Shown here one piece after another: positions 36,858-49,650 of a stretch of 64,000 nucleotides of DNA. The stretch comes from Eremomyces bilateralis CBS 781.70. Lineage: Eukaryota. Location: the NCBI GenBank assembly GCA_010015585.1, contig ML975158.1; one strand, given 5' to 3'. Position numbers and translations under genes: made by a program. Numbering within the stretch: position 1 is the first letter of the stretch; every line of letters starts with the position of its first letter. The notes beneath the pieces are model-generated. The model had not been told where the DNA came from. It saw only the letters and a program-made list of their open reading frames with translations, and made no database searches.

Positions 36858-37553
36858 TTAGTATCGTCTGTCCTGGCTACTAGGAAGGTCTCGTATAAGT
36901 TTCAAGATGAATAAATTGAACAAGCCTTCATCCACCCACGCCTGATAGATCGCTGCCACAAGAACATACACTCTACAGTCAGTGCCGCCGGTCTGCTGTG
37001 AATTTTTTGACATGTAAGCTAATGGACGTATTACAAGTAGACGTGCCTCGTTAAAACTTACTTCAAGTTCTTGGGCTACCCACCCCTCATCAACCCAATT
37101 GTGGCTGACGGCCACGATAAGTCTCCTGGCTAGTATCTTCATTTGATCGATATTCTGACTTCGACGCAGCGGATCGTAGGTTTTGGCGACGCAGTTCTCC
37201 AGCTATAAGAGGATGAGCATCCAGTGTTGCTCTCTGCCGAGATGTAAAGGCAAACAGGCACTGGGATGAGCTGGACGCATGGTGTAGGTGGCCTCTGGGC
37301 ACTAGTGTTCCGGGTGCAATGGCAATGGTTTCTACCATACAAGGCGTGTCGGCTTTGGCAGGGAGCTCAGCCTGACAATATATATTACGTCGTCATTCAA
37401 ACAATGTCTCGGTAGCAAGCCCGATAGGCCCACTGTCTTTTCATCCATACGAGGCACGAAGTCATTGTTGTCGTCTGGTATCTTGACAGATGGTTGAGCA
37501 GATGGTTGAGCACCCAACTCTTCCGTAGGCGACTCCCCTTCTGGTCCAGGCAT
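36858..37553 (-). pseudogene. Ulp1/SENP-like (C48) cysteine protease pseudogene
   Basis: One frame reads CLNDDVI...LPLHLGREQHWMLIL...TYDPL...QQTGGTDCRVYV (His-Asp-Gln-Cys order). It is interrupted by TAG stops at 37334-37332, 37304-37302 and 37205-37203. Confidence 0.72.
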
Positions 37554-39757
37554 CAGATCATCGGAAACTATGCTTGAGGCTCTGGAGACCCTCGACCTTC
37601 CATTGCTCTAATCCTCATCGCTGCCAACCCTACCAAACCCTAGTTAAGGGGCATGTGATCTATATCCGGGGGGCCGGTGCGACTTTGTTCCTCGGAAATA
37701 ACCGAGTCATTGTGTCGCTTTTACGCGGCCAATCAGTAACGTAAATGTCACGGTCTGGCCAGATTAAGTGACCACTGTCTTTTTCAAACTGAATAGAGGG
37801 TTGCTTACTATTACAGCCGTGTCCTTGGCTGGTGTAGCCTCCCTTTGAGACAAACCAGCATTTGCATCGTTGAATATGGTGGATTTCTTCTCTCAGGTTG
37901 GTAATATCCAAGCAAAGTAGTAAACCTCTCTTTCAATCCGGAGGATCCAGGTGATTGTGAGCCTCCCGAGTCCAGGGGCAAAACATTTCAGGCCAATTTT
38001 CCATTTTCTCTTTCCGAAATCTAGCGTTGATGGATCCTCTCGGCATTTCCCCCTTTCGCTCTCTGGCAGTGGTTTGAAGTTAATACGCTGCGTTAGCGTA
38101 TTTTTCAGCAGTATCTGTACGGAAGCAACTAATTACGTGTTCCTCCTACTCGACGACCGTGCTCCCCTAGGCGAGGCCTTCTCTGCCTCGCTAGCATGGA
38201 GGTAGTCACACGGCATGTGGATATATTAACCTGCTCTTGACAAGCAAGACACGTACCTGTCGGGATATAATGAATGATATTGTTCAGATGAAGACCTAGA
38301 TGCGTTTCCAAATGTAGGTACAGCTGTACCATGTTTGTAAGCTAGTCGTCACATCATGTACAGGCTCGGAGGACCTCAGTATCCTGTGTTGCCAGAGATC
38401 GAATGATTCTCTTGTACTCTTTTACGCTAGTAAAAAGCGCCACTATACTTTGAAAGGTATGTTGCGCTCGCGAATTTAACTAGATACGGAAAATTTACGG
38501 TAGTCCATCCACCCCGGAAGTTTAGCAACGATAATCCTGCGCTCAGTGACAGGGGACTCAAGCAGTGTTAGCCGAACGTGTTTCAAGAACGACATGTCTA
38601 GGGTTGTTGCACCCGTTTCGTCCGCATAGATATAAAGTTTCTAGCTCTGCCGCGATGAACTTAGCTCAATGTTCTTCGAGAATCCGTTTGGCGGCCAGCA
38701 CTAATATCAGAACCACCCACCGAATCGCTCGCTTTTCAGTACACCATGTGTATTTCAGAATAGTGATCGAGGATCTCGGAGATGAAAGCATGAATCATGA
38801 TGAGAAAAAGCTAGACTTGAGTAAATAGATACGCCTCCTATTGGCTTTGAACTCTGATCCTTGGCCGGATCTAAATCGCTCTCTACGAGACTCAGTGGCA
38901 GAGAAGCCCGATTGTGGTCTCGTAACGAATTTAGCAATCTAAATCAGACGTGAGACGATATATGATCAATATGCCCCCCTTCTGTTCAAGACACTCAGCC
39001 ACATTATGGAGAAAGTCGTCCTGCTGGTCAGGTTGATTCTCGCCATTTGGATTGTACGATTCAAGGTATCACACAATGGAGAGACAAACTATGTCGAGGG
39101 AAGTTGGAATCAGGAAGGAATAGTTAAATTTATAGGACAGAAACCATCCAGCGGCATGATATATTCCAGGAGCGGCATGACGCTCCAAGATTTACAGTGG
39201 ATGATGTGTTTTGCAAGATCCGATGACAGAAGTTGAGGTTGACGTCTCCGTTGCCAATAAATGCCAAGACGCTAATGTTTCTTATTTTATTAATATCTAT
39301 CGCTCTTCGTCCCCAAATCTTCAATCACTGTAAATAAATGAATTAATAAGGAAAGTGTACTTCGCCCTGTCGGATCTCGCGGCCTTCGTTCTCACATATA
39401 TACGCCGACTCCCGAATACGATTGGTCTAGCTAGGACTATACACCCATGGGAGGCGTGGTTTGACAGGACTGGGATGCAGATGAGGCTCCACCAACGTCG
39501 CATCGTCGACTGTCGTATTCGGAACATTTCTCGCAGGATGAAGGGCTTCCACAGTCAGCAGTGCGTACTTGCGCGTTACGAGTATAACTTTATATTCAGA
39601 AGGGGCAACGATAGATGAACTCCACAAAATGGCTTAACTCTTTTGGTGCCACATGCATTAGATATAAGTAGAGACCTGTCAAGCAAGTTTGTTTTCGCTT
39701 CCTTAGTCGTTCCTTGTTCGTCTATCTAGTTTCTGTTTCTGTCATTCTCTAGTCATA

Positions 39758-41469
39758 ATGAAGTCACTCATTCTCTTTTCCCTGCCTTTGCTGGCTTCGG
39801 CGGTGCCGACCAGCAATCCCCAGAGCAAACGCGGCCTCATGGACCTGTTTCTGGATACTCTCCCCGTCGTCAACACTACCGAGAAGACTCCAGCCATCCG
39901 ACCCGATGCGAAGCGCACCGTGGTCACCTGGGGACCGATCGAGATGGTTCCTGGTAACGCTGATAAGCCCTTCGGATCCTTCTCCATGGACCCACGAGGC
40001 GAGACGTTCATGTCAATCTTGAAGGAGGGCTTCCCGAAGGACGCGTCCGTCCTCGCTGGGCAGTTCGAAGTCAAGTTGGCTGATGGCGAGCCGGCTGGAG
40101 TGGAGGCCGGCTTGTATACCCACCACATGCTGACGTTCGTGAACAAGAAGAGCAATTCTTGGATCGCGGAGTGTGATAAATCGACGATTGACCCCAGTGG
40201 CGAGCCTGCTTCGGGTTTGGCAGGCTTATTTTCCGGCGCAGGTGGCTCGTCTGGTTCGTCCGGGTTGTCTAGTCTATTTGGTGGCTCAAGTGGCTCGGGT
40301 GGATCCTCAGGGTTGTCAGGACTCCTTGGAGGAGCATCAAGCGCTGGTGGGGCCTCTGGTTCAGGTAAGGGCATCCCCTCTATTCGTGTGTCGGCTAGCA
40401 GTTCCGGTGGTATTTCTTACATGGACGCTACTAACGATACATCAGGGTCGGCCACCACACCCGCGTCATCTTCTGCGGGGGCAGCATCTGGGGGACACAG
40501 CCATTCTCACCGACGACGCCAGATTGGTGGCCTTGGGATCTCCGCCTTCCTCATGGTTGGTGAAGACAATGGCAACGCACCTGTCTACTACACAGACCCA
40601 GATGGAAAGTTGGAGAGCGGTTACTATCTCCCTGCTGATGCGGAGATTACCGTTCAGTCCGACCTTGTCAACTACAAGGACGAACCGCTCGAGGTATACT
40701 TGTCCATGGATTTGGAGTACATGCCGGGCAAATTTGGCCCCGACACGAAGACCAAGTTGATGAACATCCAAGGCTGCACGGGCCGTGAGATCAAGCTGGA
40801 CACTGCCGGTGAGTCGCGAACGACGAGCGACAAATTCGCAATCCTTGAAGACGGATACATCATCAATGGAAGTGAGTTGCCAATCCAGACCCTTGTTCGG
40901 TAAAGACCGTACTAATAATCCGACCAAATCAGAGGGACACTTGCACGACGGCGGCGTCTCGATGATCCTCCTCGTTAACGACAAGGAGGTGTGCACCAGC
41001 AAAGCCACATATGGTGGCGCTGGTGGCACGATGGAGCTCGACGGAGAGAAATGGGAGACCATCTCTAATATGAACCGATGCCCGGAGCCAATTCCTATCA
41101 AGAAAGGAGACTACATCACCATGACGGCCGTGTATGACCTTAAACTCCACCCTCTGTAAGTTTCCTTGTTCTCTTGTCGAGATATTCCTCGACCAGTTGG
41201 AACTAACAGGGTTAAACAGCCGAACACAAGGAGCCACTTCCGGCGGGATGGAGGGGATGGAAATGGGGGGACATTCACACCGTTCGAGAGATGAGGGGGC
41301 TGGTCACGGCGATGGTCACGGTGCTGAGGTTATGGGCATGTGGGATCTGACCTTCGCTCCGATGGCCGTTACGGATAGCCCCATCCTCGGGAACGGCACT
41401 TCTTCCGGGAACAGCACCACCCCCGGGAGCGGGACTAGCTCCGGGAACGGCACTACCTCCAGGAGATAG
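39758..41469 (+). CDS. Secreted protein with copper type II monooxygenase (PHM/DBH)-like motifs (introns 40872-40932, 41156-41219)
   Basis: Signal peptide MKSLILFSLPLLASA, YTHHM, GHLHDGG (first residues after intron 1) and terminal EVMGM. Gly/Ser-rich and His/Met-rich inserts. The confidence refers to the gene model; the fold call is inferred. Confidence 0.8.
41389..41460 (+). repeat. Imperfect 18-bp coding repeat x4 (GNGTSS/GNSTTP/GSGTSS/GNGTTS)
   Basis: Read directly from the C-terminal tail of the 39758-41469 gene. It creates three N-x-T sequons. Confidence 0.8.
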
Positions 41470-41706
41470 GCTCCAGTGCTGACTGCTGAGGGCTCTAGTG
41501 CTGAAATGCTCTTGATTTTATCTGTCGATGCTAGCCGCAGAGGGTTGAAGGGATGAAGTGACTCTGCCTCAAGGGTATAAATAATCACATCGAAAATATA
41601 ATTGCCTCCATCCGCCCAAGTCCGACAGGGAATTTCCCTACAAATCGCCCATATAAAACCACCATAGCTCAGATACCCTTCACAAACATACAGTACTCGA
41701 ACTCGC

Positions 41707-43062
41707 TCAGATATCGCCCTGCCCAACCCTCTGCACCAAGATCCCCGTCGCCGCGCCACCTCCATTACAAATCGCCGCAACTCCAAACTGCCCCACCTCC
41801 AATTGATGCAACAACGTCACCAAAATCCGACTCCCACTACTCCCAATCGCATGTCCCAACGCTATCGCCCCGCCCCTCGGATTCACCCTCGCGCCCGCCT
41901 CTGTGCCCTCCAGTTCCAAAAGCTTCGCGTTCGCCAAAATTACCGCCGCGAACGCCTCGTTGAACTCCCACACGCTAATATCCTGCATCGTCAACCCCGC
42001 CCGCTCCAACAGCTTCGGAACCACCGCCGCCGGCGCGATCGGGAAGTCAATCGGATCCACCGCCGCGTCCGCCGACGCCACGATGCGCGCCAGCACGCGG
42101 CTCGACCCTGCCGCCTCGCGCGCCAGGTCCTTCGATCCCAGCACTAGCGCCGACGCGCCGTCGTTGAACGACGAGGAGTTCGCCGCCGTCACGGAGCCGG
42201 CGCCCGAGCGGTCGAACGCGGGCTTGAGCGTCGCGATCTTTTCGAGCTTCAGCTTGTTGTAGCCCTCGTCCTCCGCAACGACGGTCTCCTTCCCCCGCTT
42301 ACCTTTCACTGTGACGGGGACAACTTCTTCGGTGAAGGCGCCGGACGCCCAAGCGGCCTGGGCGCGCTTGTAGGAATCGACGGCGTACGCGTCCTGCGCG
42401 GCGCGGGTGATGCCGTATTTCTTGACAGTATTCTCGGCGCAGTTGCCCATGTGGATCTGGTTGTAGACGTCCCAGAGCCCGTCACCGATCAGGCCGTCCG
42501 CGAGCTTCTGGTCGCCGAACGCGGGCTGCAGGGTCGAGCGGGGGAGGTAGTAGGGCACGCGCGTCATGTTCTCCATGCCGCCGGCCACCATGGCGTCGGT
42601 CTCGCCGAGTTGGATCGCCTGCGCGGCTAGCGTCACGGCCTTTAGTCCGGAGGAGCAGACTTTATTGATCGTGGTAGCTTCGACGGCGGAGGAGAGCCCC
42701 GCGCCGATGGAGGCCTGGCGGGCGGGGGATTGGCCGGAACCGGCTTGGAGCACTTGGCCCATGTAGACTGCGGTGATGTGGTCGCGAGCATTGGGGGCTT
42801 TCTCAAGGGCAGATTTGATGGCGTGGGAGCCGAGGGCGGGTGCGGGGACGTTGGCGAACGAGCCGCCGAACTGGAGGAGAGAGAGTTAGTTTGGTTCCGC
42901 CGGAATGGGACAGAGGTGGCTTACCACTCCGACGGGCGTCCGGGAACCGCTGAGGATGTAAGCATCCCGGACTTCTCGATGCGAGCGGCGGGAAGTGGAG
43001 AAGGCTCGTGATGGGCGTGAGGTCGCCCACGCGCGGGAGAGGAGGGCGGGTGATCGAGCCAT
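41707..43062 (-). CDS. ERG10: Acetyl-CoA C-acetyltransferase (thiolase II), mitochondrial type (intron 42871-42924)
   Basis: Presequence [26 protein letters not shown]. Motifs [22 protein letters not shown] and ICNGGG, so the catalytic Cys/His/Cys are intact. Confidence 0.92.
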
Positions 43063-43751
43063 TGCGGAGGTGGGGATGGGGATAGGTATAGGATGGATTC
43101 GTGTGGAGGTGGGAAAGAAAAAGTCAAGACGATGCAGCTAAAGAATCACGAGAAAGGACGGGGAATCATCATGGCATGTGATGTACGAGACATTACGGAG
43201 TCTCGGTAGTTTGTTTGGTTAGTGTGGTTGTCCAATTGCGGGCCAACGGAGGAGAGGCGAAAAGTCGATGGCGGGGCCGAATTTCTTACTTAACAACTTC
43301 ACGATAATACGAGATGGATTCGGGATGCCGAGAGCCGTGTTATTCCGATGCTTGCCGATATTGATAGCCAATACTTCGTACCTATCGCCGAATTTGGACA
43401 ACCATTGATACTCCCTAATTATTCGGAATCTCAGATGTCACTTAGTTCGGAATCGCAATGGTAACGAATGTATCGATGACAGCCATCAATTCCGGAGATC
43501 AGTAAGAAGAAGAGGGTTGATTCTGTGAAAAGGTAGAAAGAAACTCCATTGGTCTCATTTGCAGTCTGAATCATGTCGATGCTAAGAAACCCAGCAACTC
43601 CGTCATAAGAAGATACTCCATCCCCAGTCATTAAACATACTTGAAGAAACATGAACGCTCTCAGTCTCCAAAGCATCATTTTCATACAGTTCAGTCATCC
43701 TCATCGTCTCATCCAATCCCTCATCAAAGTCATCCCTCACCCTCCCCCTTC

Positions 43752-46496
43752 TCAAATCTCCCCCGCCTCCCGTTGCGCATCCCTCCACTTATGATGCGCC
43801 TCCGCCAACGACAACCCCAACCCCAACCCAATATCAAACTTCCCTTCCCTCCTCTGCGCCTCGAAATCCACCCTAGGCGCCTCCCCCTCGCCTTCCCGCT
43901 TCTTCCTCGGACTCTTCTTCGGACTCGGTGTCCGCTCCACCTGTCCCGCCCCCTTCCCCGTGCGCACGCCATAGGCGTCCCATCCATCCTCCGCCGCCGC
44001 CGCCACCCACGTGCGCAGCCCGTCGTGCACGGCGCCGTAGAATTTCTCCTTGCACGTGCGGAGGGTTTGGCCCATGAGCTTCTCCCAGCCGGAGGCGCGG
44101 AGGGCGTCGCGGAGGGCGGTGCGCTCGGTGGTGGGGAGGGAGGCAAGGATCCCGTTGAGGAGGTCGAGGTGCGCGGCCATGTAGTTGGTGGCGTCCCATT
44201 CGACGCCGCCAACGTAGGGGGCGGCTGGGACGGGGGGGCGGGGGGAAGGGAAGTGGCGTTTGTTGTAGGATTGGGTGGTGGGGGGTTGGTCGATGGTGGT
44301 GGGCTTGGTGGCATCGTTGGCTGCATCGGCGTCGGTGCATTTGGGGAGAGGGATGGTGTTGAGGCTGTGGAGGAAGATCCAGAACACTTCTTTAGTCACG
44401 TTGACTACCTCCTTGCACCACACGCGATATGGACGAGGTTTGTGCATCTCCATGATGAACGGGAGCGGCTGTTTGTCGTCGGGTCCGGTTGGGTCTTGGA
44501 GATATCCGAGAAGCTTCCTCGCGCGGGTTTCAAGCTCAGACGCGGGGGCAGACGATAGGTGAGTGACTGCAGCGGTCAGAATAATATTCAGAATAGGGGT
44601 GAGACGAGCCGCTCACAGATGATGTTGATGATCACGGTCCGAGTCGTGAACTCGCTAGGACCTTTATGTTCCTCGTCGAAGAGCATCCCAAGAAGTGCCG
44701 GGAAGAGCTCTTTCTCAATATCACACAGCTTCTGGAGCGCCAGAGCAGTCGTGCAAAGGCCTTTCAGGCAGAGCAACGTTTCATGCAGCAACTGGTCTTC
44801 ATGTTCCTCTCTGTAATCGCGTTAGTCAACGTCAGACAAATGTGGACTTGAAGCAGTGAACATACCTCCACTCCACTTTCATGATCCGATGTAGCAATCC
44901 CACGATCTCCACCATCCCGCCTTCACCAATGAACAAATCCACCCATTCAACCGTCTCGTTCCTGATCAACAACCGCAGCTTATGGAGCTTCCCTACTTCC
45001 GCCTCCTGCGGCCGCTGAGCCTGTCTCAAGTACTTCACGAACTCCTTCGGGTTCGCCGTCTTCGGTTTCTTCTCCTTCCCGCTCGCGGAGGACTTGACAG
45101 ACGCAAGGCTCGTGCTGGACGGTGACTTGGGGACGTTCGTCGAGCGCTTCGACCACGATTCACCTTCGGCCTTTTGTTTCTTGGACGGTGAAGACTCGCC
45201 TTTACCGAACGTGAAGGTGCGGCTTCGTGGTCTCCGCTTCTTGGAGCCATCTTTGGAGTTGGGTCGCTTTTCATCCTCTTCCTTGACGTTTTCCTTGCCG
45301 CCTTTGTTGCTGTGCGTGCTGAACCCGCTGCGGGTGCGGATATGCTTCTTCTTCCCCTCCGCGTGCGTCTCGGTCTTCGTCGGGACCTGCGGCGGCTCCG
45401 GCTCTGTCGGTGTGCTCGGCATGGCCTCCGCGCGAATGAACTTCAACTTCATTTCGCCGTTCATCGTCCGCATTTTGTCGCGCGTCGCTTCGGGGATCTG
45501 CCGCTTCTCGAGCACGGCTTCGAAGTCGGTTTCAAGCTTCTTCAGGTCTTGCGGGGACATGGGGGTTGGTTCAGCCGCCCGTTGGGCGCGCTCGTTGAAC
45601 TGGGCGACGAAGTTCATGACTCGGGATCCACGTCGATCGGACGCGTGCTCCTTCTTCGCTTTTGTTAAGGTAGGATTTGCATTCTCTCGATGTGCTGAAG
45701 GTGAGGTGAGACCAGAGAATTGCATTCCGGGCCCGGATACTCCCAGCCTCTCCGTTCCGATGATGACTTCCGACTTTGGTCGCTGGTTCCTGGTAGCAAG
45801 CACGGGCTGAACATTATGGAAGTTCCGCTGCTTGGATGGGGTGTAAATCTTCGGCGTGAACAGATCGATCTCCTTCTGCATTTGGGATTGATCATTGAGG
45901 GGTACGTTAGTTGTTGTTGTAATCTCCTGGAATGGCTGAGAGGAATACTGGGCCCAGATTGGAGTGTGGTTCTGTGGCTCCGCAGACCGGGGCGGTGAGG
46001 TATTCTCCTTGTCCTTCTCTTTCGACTTCTTGGGACTGGACTCAGACTTTCCTGATTTCGACTTTCCAAAGATCGTTGCAAGGCTTGTGGAGGACTTGGA
46101 CTTCCTCGGTTTCTTCCCCGATCCATTCTCTCGGTTTCCTTCTGTAAGAACTTTGGACTCGTCCTTGACTTTGTCGTTCCCAAAGCCTTTCAGAGATGTA
46201 GTACTCTTCGTCTTCTTATGCAATCCAGGTCTCGCAGGACCATTCTCCTTGTTCTTATCACCTGGTCGGGATGGCTGCGGGTTGTCTCGATGGCCAGAGA
46301 CATGAGGATGATCCGGGGGGAGAAGCGGCATGCCTGCACGGCGATGCTGTGGTGTATGCTGGAGATTCTGTTCATTTGGTGCTTGTCCTTTCTTGTTCGA
46401 CTTGGGTAGTATGATAGACTTCAGCACCGCGGCAGATCTATTCCGCCGGTGATGAGGGATCTCGGAGAGAGGAGGAGTAGAGGAATTGAAGCCCAT
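43752..46496 (-). CDS. Formin-type GTPase-binding-domain (Drf_GBD/ARM) protein lacking FH1/FH2 (introns 44811-44865, 44567-44616)
   Basis: FEAVLEKRQIPEATRDKMRTM, EVGKLHKLRLLIRNETVEWVDLFI, VEWREEHEDQLLHETLLCLKGLCTT and GGVEWDATNY. Introns are in phase. Confidence 0.83.
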
Positions 46497-46977
46497 TGTA
46501 GGCAACCGGTATATCACGAATGAAACGAGGTAGTGGCTGGGTGGATGAAGTGATTTCCCAAGGCTATTTCGCAAGGTCCAGTGAGGATTGAAACCTTATA
46601 GATTGTTAGGGTCTAGAGTTCTGGAGATGGTCCTCTAAAGTTAGGGAAGTCGATGTTTACCTATTGCGTTGCCATGGAGATGACCACATCCCTGACCACT
46701 TTCAGCTCATCTGTAGCTAATGCTGAACCTGGTCAACATTCTGTAAAGAAATCCTGAGATCTTATGAAATATTATTGATTTCTTAGAAATATCTACTACA
46801 TCGCCATATGTTTAACTCGTAGAACGTCTACGATTTAGAAACAGTCCTGTTTCGAGCCAGAGATGAACTGGTACCGATTCTGTCCAGTTCCCTCGATGAC
46901 AAATACCGATTGCACCGGACTTTATCTTAAACCTTTGAGCTACACTGCATTGTAAATTCTCCAGTATCTCACTTACC

Positions 46978-47924
46978 ATGACTCCAGCATACAGTCGAGT
47001 AGCAGCCGTAACAGGTGCCAACAAAGGCATTGGCTTTGCCATAGGTGCGGCATCATCCAACCCCAAGCTCCTACTCTATTACGTTGAGATTAACGAGATC
47101 ATCAAGTGCGCCAGCTTGCATTACAGTATCCATCCTCAAGGTTCAACAATGGACCACTACTTATCTACCTCACGGCACGCGACAAAGCGCGAGGAGAGGG
47201 CGCCGTTCAACGACTGCTCGCCGATGATCAGCTCCGAGCCGCCAAGGTCCTGTCTACACACGGTGGACTATCCGACATTCGATTCCATACCCTCGATATT
47301 AGCGATGCAGCAAGCATCCAAATTTTCGGCCAGTTTCTGAAGAAAGAGCATCCCGAAGGCATCGATTTCGTCATCAACAACGCGGGCATTGCCATGGACG
47401 GGTTCGACAACCACATCGTCAAAGAAACGTTGCATTGCAACTACTACGGCACGCTTTCCGCCACGCGCGAACTACTCCCTCTGATCAAACCTACCGGACG
47501 CCTAGTTAACGTAGCCAGTAGCGCAGGCTCCATCGAGAAATATTCGCAGGCACTTCAAGACCGGTTCCGTCACGCGAAATCGGTCGACGACGTCACACAG
47601 ATCATGCAAAGTTTCGCCGCGGCGGTCGCGCAAGGGCGGGAGCAGGAAGAAGGATGGACGAGCGCTGCGTATGCGGCGTCAAAAGCTGGGGTGATCGGGA
47701 TGACGAGGATGATCGGGGCCGAGGAGAAGGCGAGGAATGGAGGCACGGAGGGGGAGCGACTGATCAACGCGTGCTGTCCTGGACTCGTGCCGACGGATAT
47801 GACGAAGGGAAGGGGGAGCAGGACACCAGATGACGGGGCGCAGACACCGGTGATGCTGGCGCTGGGTGATATCAAGGGTGTATCTGGCGAATACTGGCGA
47901 AGTCAGAGGGTTCGCACTTGGTAA
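46978..47924 (+). CDS. Carbonyl reductase (NADPH)-like short-chain dehydrogenase (intron 47045-47106)
   Basis: VTGANKGIG, INNAG, VNVASS, YAASK and CCPGLVPTDM. Confidence 0.92.
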
Positions 47925-48104
47925 GTGCCACTAGCGGAATCAGCTTCGAATGGTAAGAGCGTCATATTCGTTGATTTGGAGCACTGCTACCAAGGCCTAC
48001 CATCGAACGCTCAGCGTATCCATGACCATGATCTCAAAACACGACAATGGCCATCTCTCTCCCAGCCGCATCAACCAGCCTACCCATCCAAAAAGTATCC
48101 AACC

Positions 48105-48636
48105 TCACGCATACCCCGTCTCCCCCACCTGCGTCGTCACGAACCTATGCTCCTTCCCAAATGCCACCTTATTCAGCTGCTCCTGTATATATTCTGGCGT
48201 GCTCTTTGTCGGCACGTACACCATCGGCGCATCGATCGCCGCCTTTCCCGTCCCGATATACTTCCCGTCGCTGTCCGTGGCATAGTGCCGATCGTAGTGC
48301 GAGCGCTTCATCTCGCGCGCGGAGATCTTCGTCTCGTACACCCGACGGCCGGTCAAGAAATCTTTGATTGTACGTTTCTGGACTGTGTGGAAGAATGGGA
48401 CTAGCACGATTTCATCGGGAGATGTTCCGCCTGGGGTGACGGGGCCACTGGCTGCGTGTTAGATGGATGGTATGGGGTCAGTGTTCCTGAGCTGCAACTT
48501 ACGCAGTTGAAGACCATGCTAGATATTCTGGCGGTGGCTTGCATGGAGGAGTGGGGTGCTTCTTGTCCCATACGGATTCGGCCCCTAACTTCCCGTCTTC
48601 GTAGCCAGGTAGATCGTTTTTCTTACCTGCCGACAT
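48105..48636 (-). CDS. Small hypothetical protein (intron 48448-48502; 3' end may have a further exon)
   Basis: ATG 48636 MSAGKKNDLPGYEDG...PPPEYLAWSSTA splices in phase 2 (gtaagt...ctaac...cag) into the frame of ORF 48105-48407. Confidence 0.65.
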
Positions 48637-49152
48637 TGCTGGTCGTTATTGAAATATCTAATCTCCTTGCGACATTCGTTACGTCGCTTGTGCCGTTGTA
48701 TAATTATATTACGGTCCTACTGCGTATATGTTGGAGAGCGGCTGTGCTAGTGTCGTCATCAGAATTGCCTTTCCGTCGCTGAGGGTGCCTTGCATACGCC
48801 TTGCCGCCGTCGAACTACAAATGGACATTGTGCTGCACACTCCCGCAGCCGAAGTTCGTTGGTCAAAGATATTTAATCTGCCAGTCAACGTGAACTATTA
48901 TCCTCCCACAAGTCGTCCTTAACCCACCGATATAGCAAACTAGATGGTCTGATATGTCCGAGGATATTGATTCAAGTAAGCCAGTAATCAATCTGAACAT
49001 AACATGAGTTGAACAGGAGGTCCAGAGGTCTGAAGTCCCTCTCCCCTTCATGTGTTGAAATATAAAGGCCCTCCTCATAGCATAGTACTCCTAGCTCTTG
49101 ACGACCGATATGGCCGTAGTGACTACATTTGACCATTGTGGCCACACAACAC

Positions 49153-49650
49153 CTATTCTGGCGGTTCCCGTGCAAATATAAACTTTATCAAAGCCATGGC
49201 TCTCACCCCCATGTCATGATTCATAGAGTCAGGCCTCCTAAATTAGTTCAGGTCAATATCCATATACCCAAGAAAAGGGACTATATTCAAGTTCACTTAC
49301 GGTTTGTGTTTGGTTAGGTCATAATCTGCTGTCAGGGATAGCGCATCGCCTGTCTTGACCCTGACAGTCTCATCACAAGGAGTATATGCAGAGATAGTCT
49401 CCCATGATGTGCCGTTGCTAATTTCCGTTGCCTCATCCTCACCGCCATACAGAGTGACTGAGTGCCAAACCAACTTGCCATTGAGAAAGACTTCAATCTT
49501 AACATCACCATCATGAAGATGTGGAGCAATAGAATCAGTTAACTCTATGTAAACGGCCTTCCAAGAAATAGAGACTTATTAAAATTGACAAGATAACCAT
49601 CTTCACCCACTATCCAGTTATCTGACCTGAGCGTGACTGGTCTGTCTGCA
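49153..49650 (-). pseudogene. Degenerate paralog of the secreted PHM-like gene (C-terminal half)
   Basis: Reads LDLPADRPVTLRSDNWIVGEDGYLVNF | PHLHDGDVKIEVFLNGK...WETISAYTPCDETVRVKTGDALSLTADYDLTKHKP | RPDSMNHDMGVRAMALIKFIFA. It has the same two intron positions as 39758-41469, but the first donor reads ATAAGT. No intact upstream frame. Confidence 0.78.
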
